In this document: piece by piece, positions 23,901 to 27,726 of the stretch
Layout of the letters: each line of letters starts with the position of its first letter
Numbering within the stretch: position 1 is the first letter of the stretch
NCBI GenBank assembly: GCA_048941285.1
Contig: JBHLNS010000002.1
Location: 1 to 64,000 of the forward strand
Direction: 5' to 3'
DNA from: Promethearchaeota archaeon
GTDB lineage: Archaea > Asgardarchaeota > Lokiarchaeia > Sigyniarchaeales > SOKP01
Length of the DNA stretch: 64,000 bases
The notes under the pieces: generated by a model
What the model was told of the DNA's origin: nothing
Seen by the model: only the letters and a program-made list of their open reading frames with translations
Databases searched by the model: none
Program-made: the position numbers and the translations under genes

Positions 23901-25350
23901 CTTTACACCCATAATATAGGTAATAGCTCCCATCATATGTATTGGGACTGACTGAAGTTTGAGTTTTAAACCATATTCGGGTGTCAAGTGTATTGAAATT
24001 TGTTTCATTTATACGATGGAGTTCTTCCCATACCTCACTAGTTTTATTATACCATACTATACGGAGATCTTTGCCATCATCTCGAAGCTTTCCTGCTGAA
24101 ATTAAATTAGCTGTATTTACTGAAACATTTACAGAATAACCTTCAGGAAGTTCTTTCGAATATTTATTGACCAATTTTAATGGTACTCGATATGCATATG
24201 ATGAATTCCACCAATTATTGAGTGGAGGTATAATTACATTCACTATTATATCCTCCATACCGAGATATCCTTTCGAATCATTCACATAAAACCTAATTTT
24301 ATGTATCCCATTATCCAAATTATCCCATAAATCTTGTTCAAAAACATCAATAATTTCTTCTTTTAGTATTCCTGATAGCGATAGAAATGAAGAATTTTTA
24401 TTTGCTAATTCATACCAAAAAGTATCTCCTTTCCCTTCATCTATTATTGCTTTAAAATCTGCTGCAAATGTTCCATAAGTTGAGTAATTTAATGGATAAG
24501 ATATTAAGATTTTTGGAACATCCCACCAAATTGGATAAAGATCTTGACTATTAGCATTACCAAAGATATTGTCATAAGGTATATCTCCAATATTATCGTC
24601 ATTAGTATCCTTTCCTGTGTAATTATCCCAATAATTACCAATTGATGAGTTATACCATGAATTAAAGTTAGCTTTAGCATCATCTAAAGCATGCTTTCCA
24701 TTCTCATAAAATTTGTTTTTATAAAAATTATTGTTCTTACTATTGGGTCCATTTAAAGATATCCCGTAATTAGTATTATTTCTTATTACGTTATCTATTA
24801 CATAATTTCTTTTACAATTGTGAATTAAGATTCCTATATTTTTATTGTTTGATATGGAATTATTAGAAATTATCCCATCATCAGTAGTATATAATTGGAG
24901 GCCTATAGTTGCATTTTCTATTATATTATTCTTAACAATAAAGTATATCCCCTTAGAATTAGAAATAGAAATCCCTATATCATAGTCTTTAGCATTAATA
25001 ATTACATTCTCAATGATATATGGATCATTAATTAGCCCGTTACCAGTGCACCATGGGTATGATTGATTAATTACCTCCCAAGTCATTAAAGCATTACTTT
25101 GATCAATTTCTATATGATCTACTAACCAGTAACCTGATTCTTTGGGATGTATGGGCAGGTCTTCAATATGATTCTCAATATTATTATTAGGTTGGTTGAG
25201 TTCTAGATTGATTGGACAACTAATAAGTAAGATAAAACTAAATAAAATAAAAATAAAATAAAAACTTGATTTCCTACCTTTCTTATATCTAAAAAACAAT
25301 AAACAAAAAAATCCAATAAGGAATACTAAAGATTCATATGGAACAAACAT
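1..25350 (-). CDS. Giant multidomain surface/adhesin-like protein (>8450 aa, C-terminus beyond window): hydrophobic N-terminus, NosD-like beta-helix, DUF2341-like, ConA/DUF1080-like, then Ig-like repeat arrays
   Basis: ATG at 25350 gives MFVPYESLVFLIGFFCLLFFRYKKGRKSSFYFIFILFSFILLISCP...YPWCTGNGLINDPYIIENVII. The same frame reads sense at spot checks (24060, 21960, 19800, 12060, 3180, 30 -> QINFYANDTL). The ORF track lists no closed long ORF in this frame, consistent with no stop before base 1. WWNSSYAYRVPL..GKDLRIVWY..YYLYYG (~23900-24220) is DUF2341-like; FFDDF..WTVINGTW..WYHLKIEV (~23340-23870) is ConA-like. Confidence 0.9.
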   Translation of the reverse strand, partial: MFVPYESLVFLIGFFCLLFFRYKKGRKSSFYFIFILFSFILLISCPINLELNQPNNNIENHIEDLPIHPKESGYWLVDHIEIDQSNALMTWEVINQSYPWCTGNGLINDPYIIENVIINAKDYDIGISISNSKGIYFIVKNNIIENATIGLQLYTTDDGIISNNSISNNKNIGILIHNCKRNYVIDNVIRNNTNYGISLNGPNSKNNNFYKNKFYENGKHALDDAKANFNSWYNSSIGNYWDNYTGKDTNDDNIGDIPYDNIFGNANSQDLYPIWWDVPKILISYPLNYSTYGTFAADFKAIIDEGKGDTFWYELANKNSSFLSLSGILKEEIIDVFEQDLWDNLDNGIHKIRFYVNDSKGYLGMEDIIVNVIIPPLNNWWNSSYAYRVPLKLVNKYSKELPEGYSVNVSVNTANLISAGKLRDDGKDLRIVWYNKTSEVWEELHRINETNFNTLDTRIWFKTQTSVSPNTYDGSYYLYYGCKDCNKPLTNKSKIYDFFDDFTQPDGSANGWTVINGTWSVNNNEYVENQFVVDGRSLINTYLVENASIEVFINSSGGNFGAGVMFRHQNNQNFYTAGIGFWEYEVAIGKWTNDIPYTLDNTLNDESVLIDSQWYHLKIEVLGSNYLVYLNGILKNNMTDTDHLNPGQIGLMTWTTNAISSFDKLKIRLLVSNEPIIFLGSEETFKPQFNYIIENEDPIELGNNVNITVSITDLAGIIHVFIEFDNQNYSMAYVGEDLWQNDTWTPLYTGNYTYIIYAQNINLKWNSIIGYIQVIDTTPPSFSDLSESSDPLELGNIETIAINASDLSGINQILLEIGGFNYSMVNIYGNKWQYDLWIPDSVGTKQYKIYIEDNNNNWNIISDSINVIDTTNPVIIINKPYEGQFIGSISPSFNVEILDKSLESMWYMLNTNPLKYFFDSNSSIDQTAWNGLLDGFNIIYFYANDSVGNVNFKSVNVYKDTNFPSINIISPNENEVFNNTIPHFIVQIRDENLDKMWFIFNGELTKHFFLENSTLEGWLGLTDGQITITFYANDTAGNSASAFVKVYKDTTIPSINIISPIGGQFFNNTPPSFIVEISDNNLDKMWYTLNTEITKFYFEINESINFNAWNSVPDGIVNITFYVNDSAGNVQSEMTQVNKDTLLPTGSIEINGGAIWTISATVTLSLTYNDDNSGVNKVRYSNDGSSWTPWEDPIDTRSWTLPSGDGIKTVYYEIKDYAGSSSLFVDTIGLDTVDPTGSIEINGGETWTISTSVTLTLTYNDVTSGVLEVRYSNDASSWTEWEAASTTKTWTLNPSNGIKTVYYEIRDTAGIVSQFNDTIGLDTVDPTGSININGGDTWSTSTSVTLTVTYNDATSGIDQVRYSNDGISWTSWELPSTNKAWILSSGDDIAKTVYYEIRDVAGRISQYFDTIGLDTVDPTGSININGGDTWSTSTSVTLTLTYDDITSGIDQVRYRNEGGLWTAWEEASDTRAWTLTSGDGIKTVYYEIRDDAGLIFQISDNIELDTTDPTGSIIINDGDTWTNSTSVILSLIYDDITSGVDQVRYSNDSISWTPWEAASNTRAWILPSGDGPKNVYYQIRDNVGLIYQTSDAIGLDTIQPSGSIIINSDDAWTTSSSVTLTLNYNDATSGVLEVRYSNDGSSWTPWEAPSYTRAWSLTPGDGFKIVYYEIRDNAKLIFQDNDTIGFDTVNPTGSILINNNDAWTSSPSVTLTLTYNDATSGVLEARYSNDGSSWTPWEDPSNTRSWTLSSGDGIKTVYYEIRDNASLIFQINDTIGLDTSDPTGTIIINNDNAWTSSISVTLTLTYDDTTSGVLEVRYSNDGISWTDWEAPSATKAWMLSSGDDISKTVYYQVKDNVNLIFEDTDTIGLDTNNPSGSIIINNDDGWSTSTSVTLTLTYNDATSGIDQVRYRNEGGTWTSWQAPSDTRIWTLTSGDGTKIVYYEIRDNAGLIFQTSDTIELDTTGPTGSIEINDGDIWTNSTSVSLFLVYDDATSGVDQVRYSNDSISWTPWEAASDTRAWILPSGDGPKTVYYEIRNNAGIISQFIDTIGLDTADPVGSILINDNNEWTTSPNIVLTLIYNDATSGVDQVRYSNDSISWTPWEAVSDTRAWTLPSGDGIKTVYYEIKDNAGLTFQDSDTIGLDTIDPTGSIDINGGDTWSTSTSVTLTLTYSDATSGVDEVRYSNDGSTWTAWEAANINKAWILSSGDAASKVVYYEIKDSAGLIFQINDTIGLDTMVPSGSIIINNEEGWTISTSVILTLTFNDDTSGIDQVRYRNEGDSWTAWEDAYGTKMWTLPAGDGVSKTIYYEIRDNAGLIFQDTDTIGLDTNNPSGSIIINNDDGWSTSTSVTLTLTYNDATSGIDQVRYRNEGGTWTSWQAPSDTRIWTLTSGDGTKIVYYEIRDNAGLIFQTSDTIELDTTGPTGSIEINDGDIWTNSTSVSLFLVYDDATSGVDQVRYSNDSISWTPWEAASDTRAWILPSGDGPKTVYYEIRNNAGIISQFIDTIGLDTADPSGSIEINNDYNWTNSTSVTLALTYNDATSGVDQVRYSNDGISWTSWETPSSVRSWTLISGDGIKTVYYEIKDNAGFTFQDTDTIGLDTNNPTGTIIVNNDEAWSTSTSVTLTLTYNDLTSGVEQVRYSNDGSTWTAWEDASATKVWMLSSGDGIKMVYYQIRDNAGLTFQDTDTIGLDTSVPTGSIIINNDEAWSTSTSLTLTLTYDDTTSGVLEVRYSNDSILWTDWEAPSTTKAWTIPAGDGLSKTVYYEIRDHAGLTYQITDSIGLDTTGPTGSIEINNGDIWTNSTSVILYLIYYDATSGVDLVHYSNDGLTWSSWQVPNATKVWALSTPDGVSKTVYYEIRDKAGLIFQVSDTIGLDTLNPTGSIIINNDEAWSTSTSVTLTLTYNDLTSGVEQVRYSNDGITWTAWESASGTRAWTLSLSDGIKTVYYEIKDYAGRISQFTDAIGLDTLNPMGSIIINNDETWSTSTSVTLTLTYNDITSGIDQVRYSNDGSTWTTWESASISRAWILTSGDDVSKTVYYELRDNAGRSSVFFDTIGLDTADPTGSIDINGGDAWTNSTSVFLALTYNDVMSGVNQVRYSNDAISWTSWEDSNVSRLWILTSGDEAAKAVFFEVRDNSGRISQFNDTIGLDTVNPTGSIDINGGDAWTISMDVLLYLSFDDVISGVEQVRYSNDGIAWTSWEIPSVTRSWTISSGDSSSKGVYYEIRDKAGLIFQVTDTIGLDTATPTGTIIINDDDTWTNNPSVLLTLTYNDATSGIDQVRYRNEGGSWTAWEAPSATRAWTLNSGDGIKTVYYEIRDNAGLTFQDTDSIELDTSGPTGSIIINDNDAWTNSTSVTLSLTYDDDTSGVDQVRYSNDGSSWTAWEDPSDTRFWILSSGEGPKTVYYEVKNNAGSTFQTTDTIGLDTIAPTGSIIINNDDLWTITISITLTLTYNDATSGVYQVRFSNDGISWSTWEAPSVSKAWTLPAGDGASKTVYFEIKDNAGLTFQDYDMIGLDTADPTGSIIINDGDSWTNTTSVALALTYNDATSGVDQVRYSNDSISWTPWETASDTRAWTLPSGDGTPRFVYFEVRDNAQRVSRFSDIIGLDTVNPTGSIIINDGDSWANTTSVSLTLNYNDATSGIDKVRFSNDGSSWTAWEASSATRVWSLSSGDGTPKTVYFKIRDNAQRISIFSDVIGLDTLNPTGSVEIDGGNIWTNSTNVILSLTYNDVTSGVYRVRYSNDGSVWSSWESPSATKAWILPSGEGSSKIVYYEIKDNAGLIFQVTDTIGLDTVNPTGSIIINDNDAWSNTTSVSLALTYNDATSGVLEVRYSQDGISWTAWEAPSATRAWILPAGDGTPKVVYYEVKDNAMRTAQFTDTIGLDTFTPSGSIEINSGEDWSTSTSVTLTLTFNDATSGVNQVRYSNDGSSWTTWETASISKSWILVAGDAASKTVYYEIRDNAGLIYQTFDIIGLDTADPTGTILINNDAIWSNSTSVTLTLTYNDLTSGVNQVRYSNDGSSWTTWETASNSKSWTLAAGDATSKTVYYEIRDSAGLIYQTFDTIGLDTADPTGSIIINNNDAWSTSNDVTLTLTFNDATSGVYQVRYSNDGSLWTAWETASTSKSWTLSAGDDISKVVYYEIKDMAERVVQFYDNIGLDTVIPSGSIEINNGDTWTSSTSVTLTLTYNDVTSGVYQVRYMNEGSSWTAWETPTDSKAWILSSGDGSKTVYYEIIDYAGLIFQDADSIELDTTGPTGSIEINNGDEWTNTTSVTLTLTYEDVTSGVDQVRYSNDGSSWTVWEAPLATRGWILTSGDGSKTVYYEIRNLAGKISQFTDTISLDTENPTGSIEINNNDIWTNTTSVILTLTYDDATSGVLEVRYSNNGISWTAWGAPSGSYAWLLSSGDAASKSVYYEVKDNAMRISQFIDTIGLDTVNPIGSIIINDNDAWTNTTSVSLTLTYNDATSGIREVRYSQDGISWTAWEAASATKAWILPAGDGTPKIVYYEVKDNAMRIAQFMDVIGLDTSTPTGSIEINGGEEWSTSTSVTLTLTYDDLTSGVDKVRFSNDGSSWTTWEIAGTTKAWILPTGDAASKTVFYEIRDNAGLIFQATDIIGLDTGDPTGSIIINDNDAWTNSTSVILTLTFNDATSGLAEVRYSNDGSSWTVWEVPSVSRAWVLTVGAGSRTVYYELRDNAGRTSVFSDSIGLDTVDPIGSIEISGGDTWTNSTSVILSLSYNDATSGINGVRYSNDGSSWTSWEAPSTTKVWIIPAGDAASKIVYYEIKDNAGLIFQTTDTIGLDTINPVGSIQISGEDPWINSTSVLLYLTYSDVTSGITKVRYSNNGISWTAWEDPTDTRAWILSSGEGIKTVFYEIKDNAGLIFQTTDIIELDISAPTGSIAININDVWTTSIDVVLTLTYSDGVSGIDKVRFSNDGSSWTAWEDPSDTRAWTLNTGDGSKTVFYEIRDNVWRKSIFSDNIGLDTLNPTGSIIINNDAFWTASTSVTLMLTYNDATSGVDQVRYSNDGNSWTSWEDPSATKAWIMSLGDGISKFIYYEVKDNAGRTSQFNDTIGLDTSAPTGSIIINNDDAWTTSSTVTLTLTYNDATSGIDKVRFSNDGVSWTSWEDPGDTRGWTLTSGDGLKTVYYELRDQVGLTFQASDSIGFDNTKPSVSIIINDDDAWTTSTNINLTLTYNDVTSGVDQVRFSNDGISWTSWEDPGYTRAWTLTPSEGSKIVYCEIRDNAGLTFQDNDTIGLDNTEPTGSLLINNYDVWTTSASVVLTLTYNDAISGVSEVRYSNDGSSWTGWEDPSPTRTWTLASGDGSKIVYYEIRDNAGLIFQTTDTIGLDTTGPTGSIIINNNDMWTTSPSVTLTLIYNDDGAGVADVRYSNDGISWTAWESPSSTRAWTLPSGDGSKTVYYEIRDNVGFSTQYIDTIGLDTLNPTGSITINGGDLWTTSPSVVLSLTFNDATSGVDQVRFSNNTLSWTNWEDPSATRSWILPVGDSLSKIVYYEVKDNTGRTSVFSDTIGLDTVDPLGSIVINSDETWSNSTNVLLSLSYSDATSGVVDVAYSNDGIFWTAWEAPTAAKAWILPLGDGSSKPVYFKLLDGAGRSSIFSDTIGLDTVNPTGSININGEDPWITSTSVLLYLVYDDATSGVAEVRYSNDGISWTAWEAPGTIKEWTLSEGDGDSKMVYYEVKDNTGRISQFIDVIGLDTINPTGSIEINNDDAWTDFVGVTLSLTYIDNTSGVDKVRFSNDGISWTAWEDPGDIRSWVLPVGDGTKTVYYEIRDTAGLIFQDFDIIGLDTTDPTGSIVINGGDAWTTSASVSLTLTYFDATSGVAEVRYSNDSISWTAWEAPGASRAWLLPIGDGIKTVYFEIRDNAGLTFQIIDTIGLDTTNPTGSITINGGATWTGSTSVSLTLSYNDATSGVVEVRYSNDGLTWAAWEAPSTTKAWTLLGGDSVSKTVYFEVKDNSGRTSQFTDTIGLDTVGPTGSIEINGGDLWTNTTSILLYLTYNDATSGVHLVRYSNDGDSWTSWVVPSSTKVWTLLGGDDASKIVYYEIRDNSGIISQFIDTIGLDTMTPMGSIEINDGDAFTNITSVILSLSYNDITSGVVEVRYSNDGSSWTAWEDPNPTRAWSLTSGDGIKTVYYEIKDNAGLIYQTSDTIELDSSGPTGSIIINNNNAWTTSPSVTLTLTYNDASSGVDKVRYSNDGISWTDWEDPTDTRPWIVISGDGLKTVYYEIRNNAGMTIQVTDSIGLDTVIPSGSIEINGGNIWTNTTSITLNLTYDDATSGVDQVRYSNDGSSWTSWEAPSSNKVWVLTTGDSSVKTVYYQIRDNAGLTYQDTDNIGLDTTSPSGSIIINNGDGWASSTSITLTLTYNDATSGVDQVRYSNDGSLWTSWEAPDSTRVWTLTPGDGSKSVYYEIRDNIGRTAVFSDTIGLDTVNPNGSIVINVDDIWTTSTSVSLTLTYNDVTSGVDQVRYSNDGSTWSAWETPISTRIWILPAGDAPLKTVYYEIRDKAGLTFQDNDTIGLDTTNPTGSIIINNGNSWTSSINVSLTLTYNDGTSGVDQVRYSNDGSSWTAWEDPSPTRIWTLTSGDGIKTVYYEIKDNAGKVLQVSDTIELDTTGPTGSIIINNDDAWTTSISVTLTLTYSDASSGVDQVRYSNDGILWTDWEDPVDTKAWTIPSGDTASKTVYYQIRNNAGSIFQDTDTIGLDTVDPTGSIEIENGDAWTNSTSVTLTLNYLDTTSGVYQVRYSNDGSSWTSWEAPSAIKEWILSSGEGLKTVYYEMIDNAGLTFQIIDTIQLDSTDPTGTIEINDGDAWTNSATVSLALTYNDAISGIDQVRYSNDGNSWTSWEVPTAIRVWTLSGGEGIKTVYFEIRDNAGRTFIVSDTIGLDTISPLGSIVINGGDLWTISIDITLTLTYTDDTSGVAEVRYSNDAISWTAWEIPNTTRAWTLLEGDSPSKSVYYEIKDNVGFITQFSDTIGLDTTGPTGSIVINNDVAWTSSTSVTLTLTYNDATSGVHQVRYSNDGSSWTSWEDPNATKEWVLSAGEGIKTVYYEIRDNVGFFTQYTDTIELDTTGPTGSIIINDNDAWTTSVSVTLTLTYSDASSGVDQVRYSNDGSSWTSWEDPSATKAWTLSGGDGPKIVYYEIKNNAGKTSVFSDSIGLDTVGPTGSIEINDGDIWTTSTSVNINLTYNDLTSGVAEVRYSNDAISWTAWEAPSATRVWTLSSGDGSKIIYYQIKDNVGFISQFIDSIGLDTVNPTGTIEIDEGNSWTNSTSVTLSLTYNDGTSGVDQVRYSNDGISWVAWETPSATKAWTLSTGDGSSKTVYYEVKDTAGRTSQFIDIIGLDTVDPTGSIEINGGDLWTTSPSVSLTLTYSDLTSGVDQVRYSNDAISWTPWETPSTSKSWILSTVEGASKLVYYEIKDNIGRISQFSDTIGLDMSAPNIIINSPLNNTYWDVLPDIQATVSDMHFDSLWYMIGGFKVTLINGTSQPLELSIWNTLPNEGPFTIIFFANDSAGNINNLNFLNLHKDILAPRVSIVSPENYDLYGSISPNYQISINEENLGKIWYTLDNGITNFTITEMSGIIDQTAWNLFETGLITIEFYANDSMGKIGSNSIIVRKDITAPDITINEPYPFELFGRLPPNVDLNIQDPNLDSIWYKLFNSTKSTANYIWPGTIPQFVWDEFKSGVLTIRFYANDTLGNVRFSDVTVIKDVTAPKITITSPAPYDLFGATSPTIDINIFDSNLDTVWYQLVNGITTTANHTWLGSLSQVVWEEMGNGTVNIIFYANDSRSNFASKFITVRKDIIAPIISINYPSNFSLYGTIPPDIGLDVDDPNLDSIWYRIDNGTITTANHSWTGFIEKNVWDEIGNGTVTIIFYANDMIGNLESEKLITRKDVIAPRIIINSPNANDLFGIVSPIIDVEFYDPHLSDKWYQLYNGTIITLNSTWTGVIEQSIWDQIGNGTIHIIFYANDSLGNLGVKYLPVRKDIIAPKIIINYPDPYDVFGESAPDIDIFVDENNLNNIWYQLKNDSVTTLNYTWTGILEQSVWDEVGNGTVTIYFYANDLMNNFDSTEIIIIKDLSAPIITIIKPENNAVFGYDAPEFRVYIGSVDVYNSWYILLGNSHKNYFIKTDGITILPINQTTWDEYGNGTVTIEFYVNDTVGNVGFDTIEIRKDLFVPEVIINLPIFEGYWSNPPLLHISFYDPNPDSLWYEIGPFYGNLINGIEQPIDSLIWDSLEQGEHKIYIFANDTAGNINDTYVFTIFKDTLAPLIIINSPLDGSTSNSPPIFNIACFDPNFDTLWYGNGIKNIIITNNTDQSLDWIIWNELPEGLYQIFIYANDTFGHLNNLFTLVLYKDTIAPIIVFDKPYNNTYHNKPPILDVYALDPNFDSLWYSIGSYEIQITELDPVLDNDIWNSLDQGPFQINFYANDTL
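2990..21930 (-). repeat. Tandem coding array of about 69 units of 273/276 bp (91/92 aa); consensus DTxxPTGSIxINxxDAWTxSTSVTLTLTYNDATSGVDQVRYSNDGSSWTAWExPSxTRAWTLxSGDGxKTVYYEIRDNAGLxFQxxDTIGL
   Basis: Counted by eye from the recurring DTxxP and 'catcattact' (SND) motifs at ~274-bp spacing; the short ORFs in the track here are off-frame shadows of this array. Confidence 0.9.
17828..19766. repeat. Exact 568-bp direct repeat (17828-18395 and 19199-19766), offset 1371 bp = 5 repeat units
   Basis: Line-by-line comparison showed no mismatch across the block; shadow ORFs 17826..18014 and 19167..19385 have identical translations. Confidence 0.85.
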
Positions 25351-25995
25351 AAGAATTTATATTAAATATTTTAGTCTAATACTATTATTGATTTACATTT
25401 CTCGTTGATTTCTATTTTGGACACTCAAATTTAATCTCTGTGGATTAGACATTTATTCTAAATTATAGCACAATATAAAAAGTTTTATCTTTTTTTTCCA
25501 AAAATGAAAAAATTCTAACCGAATTAATTTTGACTTTAAAATAATATTATTTTATTTATATAATCCTATGAAAAGAATGTAGAAATTTTTAATAAATTAG
25601 TTTATAATATCTTTAATATATTATGTTCTAGCACCTTACTTGTGGGTGTGCTCTAACTTTTGATAGAAAAATCTATTTTAAAGCTCTAATTCTTACCCAG
25701 CATAAATTTTTAATATTTTTTTTCTTGATATTCTATAAAATTTCAAAGATTTTTTAATTATTTCAATCAAAATAGTGTCCTCAATTAATTTCTGTTAAAA
25801 TTCAATAATACCAAAGAATATAGTGACTAAATCATAATTTTAATTATAAAAATGAGAAAAAATTTGGAAAAAAAAATCCTTTAATAATTAGTTTATATTG
25901 AAAGCTTATTTTAATTGTACAATATTTTGAACTAATAAATAATTATTAGATTTTTTCCTTAGTAATTTAGCACATTACTAAACTAAAATTAGGCT

Positions 25996-26271
25996 TTATT
26001 GTATTAATTTATATAATTCTTTTAATAAAAAATACATACGTTTCCCTTTAGGTGTAAGTTCAAAATAGGATACTTTGTTATGATTGTCGACAAGAAGCAA
26101 TTTTTCTTTTAATAATTGATTTTTTATACGGAGAAATGAATTATAATGACTAAATTCATTGAGTTTTTGGTAAAATAAATGCTTATCTGCTCTATAATTG
26201 TCAAATAGAGAAAGCACATTAAATGTATTATATAATCCTCTCTTATTGAGTAATATCCTTAATTTTTCCAT
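25996..26271 (-). CDS. Small winged-helix DNA-binding protein (putative regulator)
   Basis: 91-aa basic protein with wHTH wing-type C-terminus YFELTPKGKRMYFLL. Confidence 0.6.
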   Translation of the reverse strand: MEKLRILLNKRGLYNTFNVLSLFDNYRADKHLFYQKLNEFSHYNSFLRIKNQLLKEKLLLVDNHNKVSYFELTPKGKRMYFLLKELYKLIQ

Positions 26272-26420
26272 ACTTAAAAACTATTAATTTATTAAAATAT
26301 TCTTATCCCAATTTATCTATAAAAATTCTAATTAAAAATATTATGCTAACTCATTTTAAGAATTTGCAATAATTTAGATAATAATCTAATTGTATTAAAG
26401 GAAGAATTTTTGTTATCAAA

Positions 26421-26752
26421 AAGACGCTTGAGATATATACCCACGCTTCTGTCAGAGGAGTAGTCACCCACACCTCTGGGGAGCATCAAACTAAGCGGCC
26501 TACCTAAAGCTAGCTCCAAGTACATTATTGCTTTCATTTGGCCTTGCACCAAGGTTTTAGCTCGTTCCAACCATTCCTTCATACAATTTCTCTGGCTTAT
26601 ATCCAAGTCATTAATATACGTAAGAAGGCAGTGTCGTTTCAGTTGCTAAATTACGGTTCTCACCGTAGTAGTTTTCTACACCTTGCTTGGAGTGTGGCGT
26701 GAGGTTCCTCAGCGGGATTATCCCACCGTCAGCTCCATATCTCACTCGTCTC
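26421..26752 (-). ncRNA. rnpB: Archaeal RNase P RNA
   Basis: Minus strand reads GAGATATGG...GCTGAGGAACCTCACGCCAC (CR-I, P4 5' strand) and ends ACAGAAGCGTGGGTATATATCTC (CR-V). CACGC/GCGTG forms P4; GAGATAT/ATATCTC plus GACG/CGTC forms P1. GC-rich ~330-nt island in AT-rich DNA with a TATA box upstream. Confidence 0.9.
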
Positions 26753-26771
26753 TTGTTTTAAAGGTTAAGTA

Positions 26772-26787
26772 AATATATAAATTTTTG
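26772..26787 (-). promoter_or_regulatory. BRE-TATA promoter of rnpB
   Basis: Minus strand CAAAAATTTATATATT lies ~20-35 nt upstream of the predicted RNA 5' end. Confidence 0.55.
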
Positions 26788-26901
26788 TCTCTTAATTTAT
26801 TAAAATTTCTCGTTGATTGCGAATTAATTTATCTTTCCACGTGAGAATCCTAATAAATTAAAATAAATGGAATTAAATTCTAGTAGATATTTTCTATTAA
26901 A

Positions 26902-27726
26902 ATGAGAAAAGTTAATATAGGTTCTAAAGGAGAAAGTATACCAGTTTTAGGACAAGGGACTTGGGGTATTAAAAAGGGAAGAAACAAAAATTATTATGAA
27001 AAATGGAAAGAATCATTAAGAGAGGGTATTGAACTGGGAATGACTCATATCGATACAGCAGAATTTTATGGTTCTGGTACATCTGAGAGAATAGTTGGAG
27101 AATTGATTAAAGAATATGACCGTGATGATCTTTTTATTACAAGTAAACTGTTTCCTAAACATTTTGGATATAAATCCATGATAAGAGCATGTATGAAAAG
27201 CTTAAAAAGGCTTGATATAAAATATCTTGATTTATATTTAGTACATTTTCCATCATTTTTATTTTCTAAAATCAAAAAGCATATGAAGGTTATGGAACAG
27301 CTCTTAAATGAAGGAAAAGTAAGATATATTGGTGTGAGTAATTATTCTGTTAAACAATTTAAAATTGGGCGAGAATGCCTTAAAAAATCAGAGTTAGTAA
27401 CTAATCAACTACAAGCCAATATTTTAAGTCAAAGACATATTCATGAGTCATTACCTTATTATCAAAAAGAAGGAGTCATTTTAACAGCTTATAGCCCTTT
27501 AAGTCATTGGGGTTATACTAATTTAAAGGGAGATGTGAGAGTAAAATTAGAAAAAATAGCTGAAAGTCATAATGTAAGTATTCAACAAGTTGCAATTGCT
27601 TGGCTTATAAATCATGAAAAGGTTATTGCCATTCCTAAAGCATTTCAATTGAAACATGTAATAGCGAATGCAGCAACAGCAAATATTGAATTATCAGATG
27701 AAGAGATTAAAAGTTTATATTTATAA
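26902..27726 (+). CDS. Aldo/keto reductase
   Basis: LGQGTWG, IDTAEFYG, ITSK, DLYLVHFP, RYIGVSNYS, AYSPL and AIPK motifs. Confidence 0.93.
   Translation: MRKVNIGSKGESIPVLGQGTWGIKKGRNKNYYEKWKESLREGIELGMTHIDTAEFYGSGTSERIVGELIKEYDRDDLFITSKLFPKHFGYKSMIRACMKSLKRLDIKYLDLYLVHFPSFLFSKIKKHMKVMEQLLNEGKVRYIGVSNYSVKQFKIGRECLKKSELVTNQLQANILSQRHIHESLPYYQKEGVILTAYSPLSHWGYTNLKGDVRVKLEKIAESHNVSIQQVAIAWLINHEKVIAIPKAFQLKHVIANAATANIELSDEEIKSLYL

Noticed and set aside
26346-26606. 86-aa ORF
   Set aside because: Overlaps the RNase P RNA and has no protein-like features.
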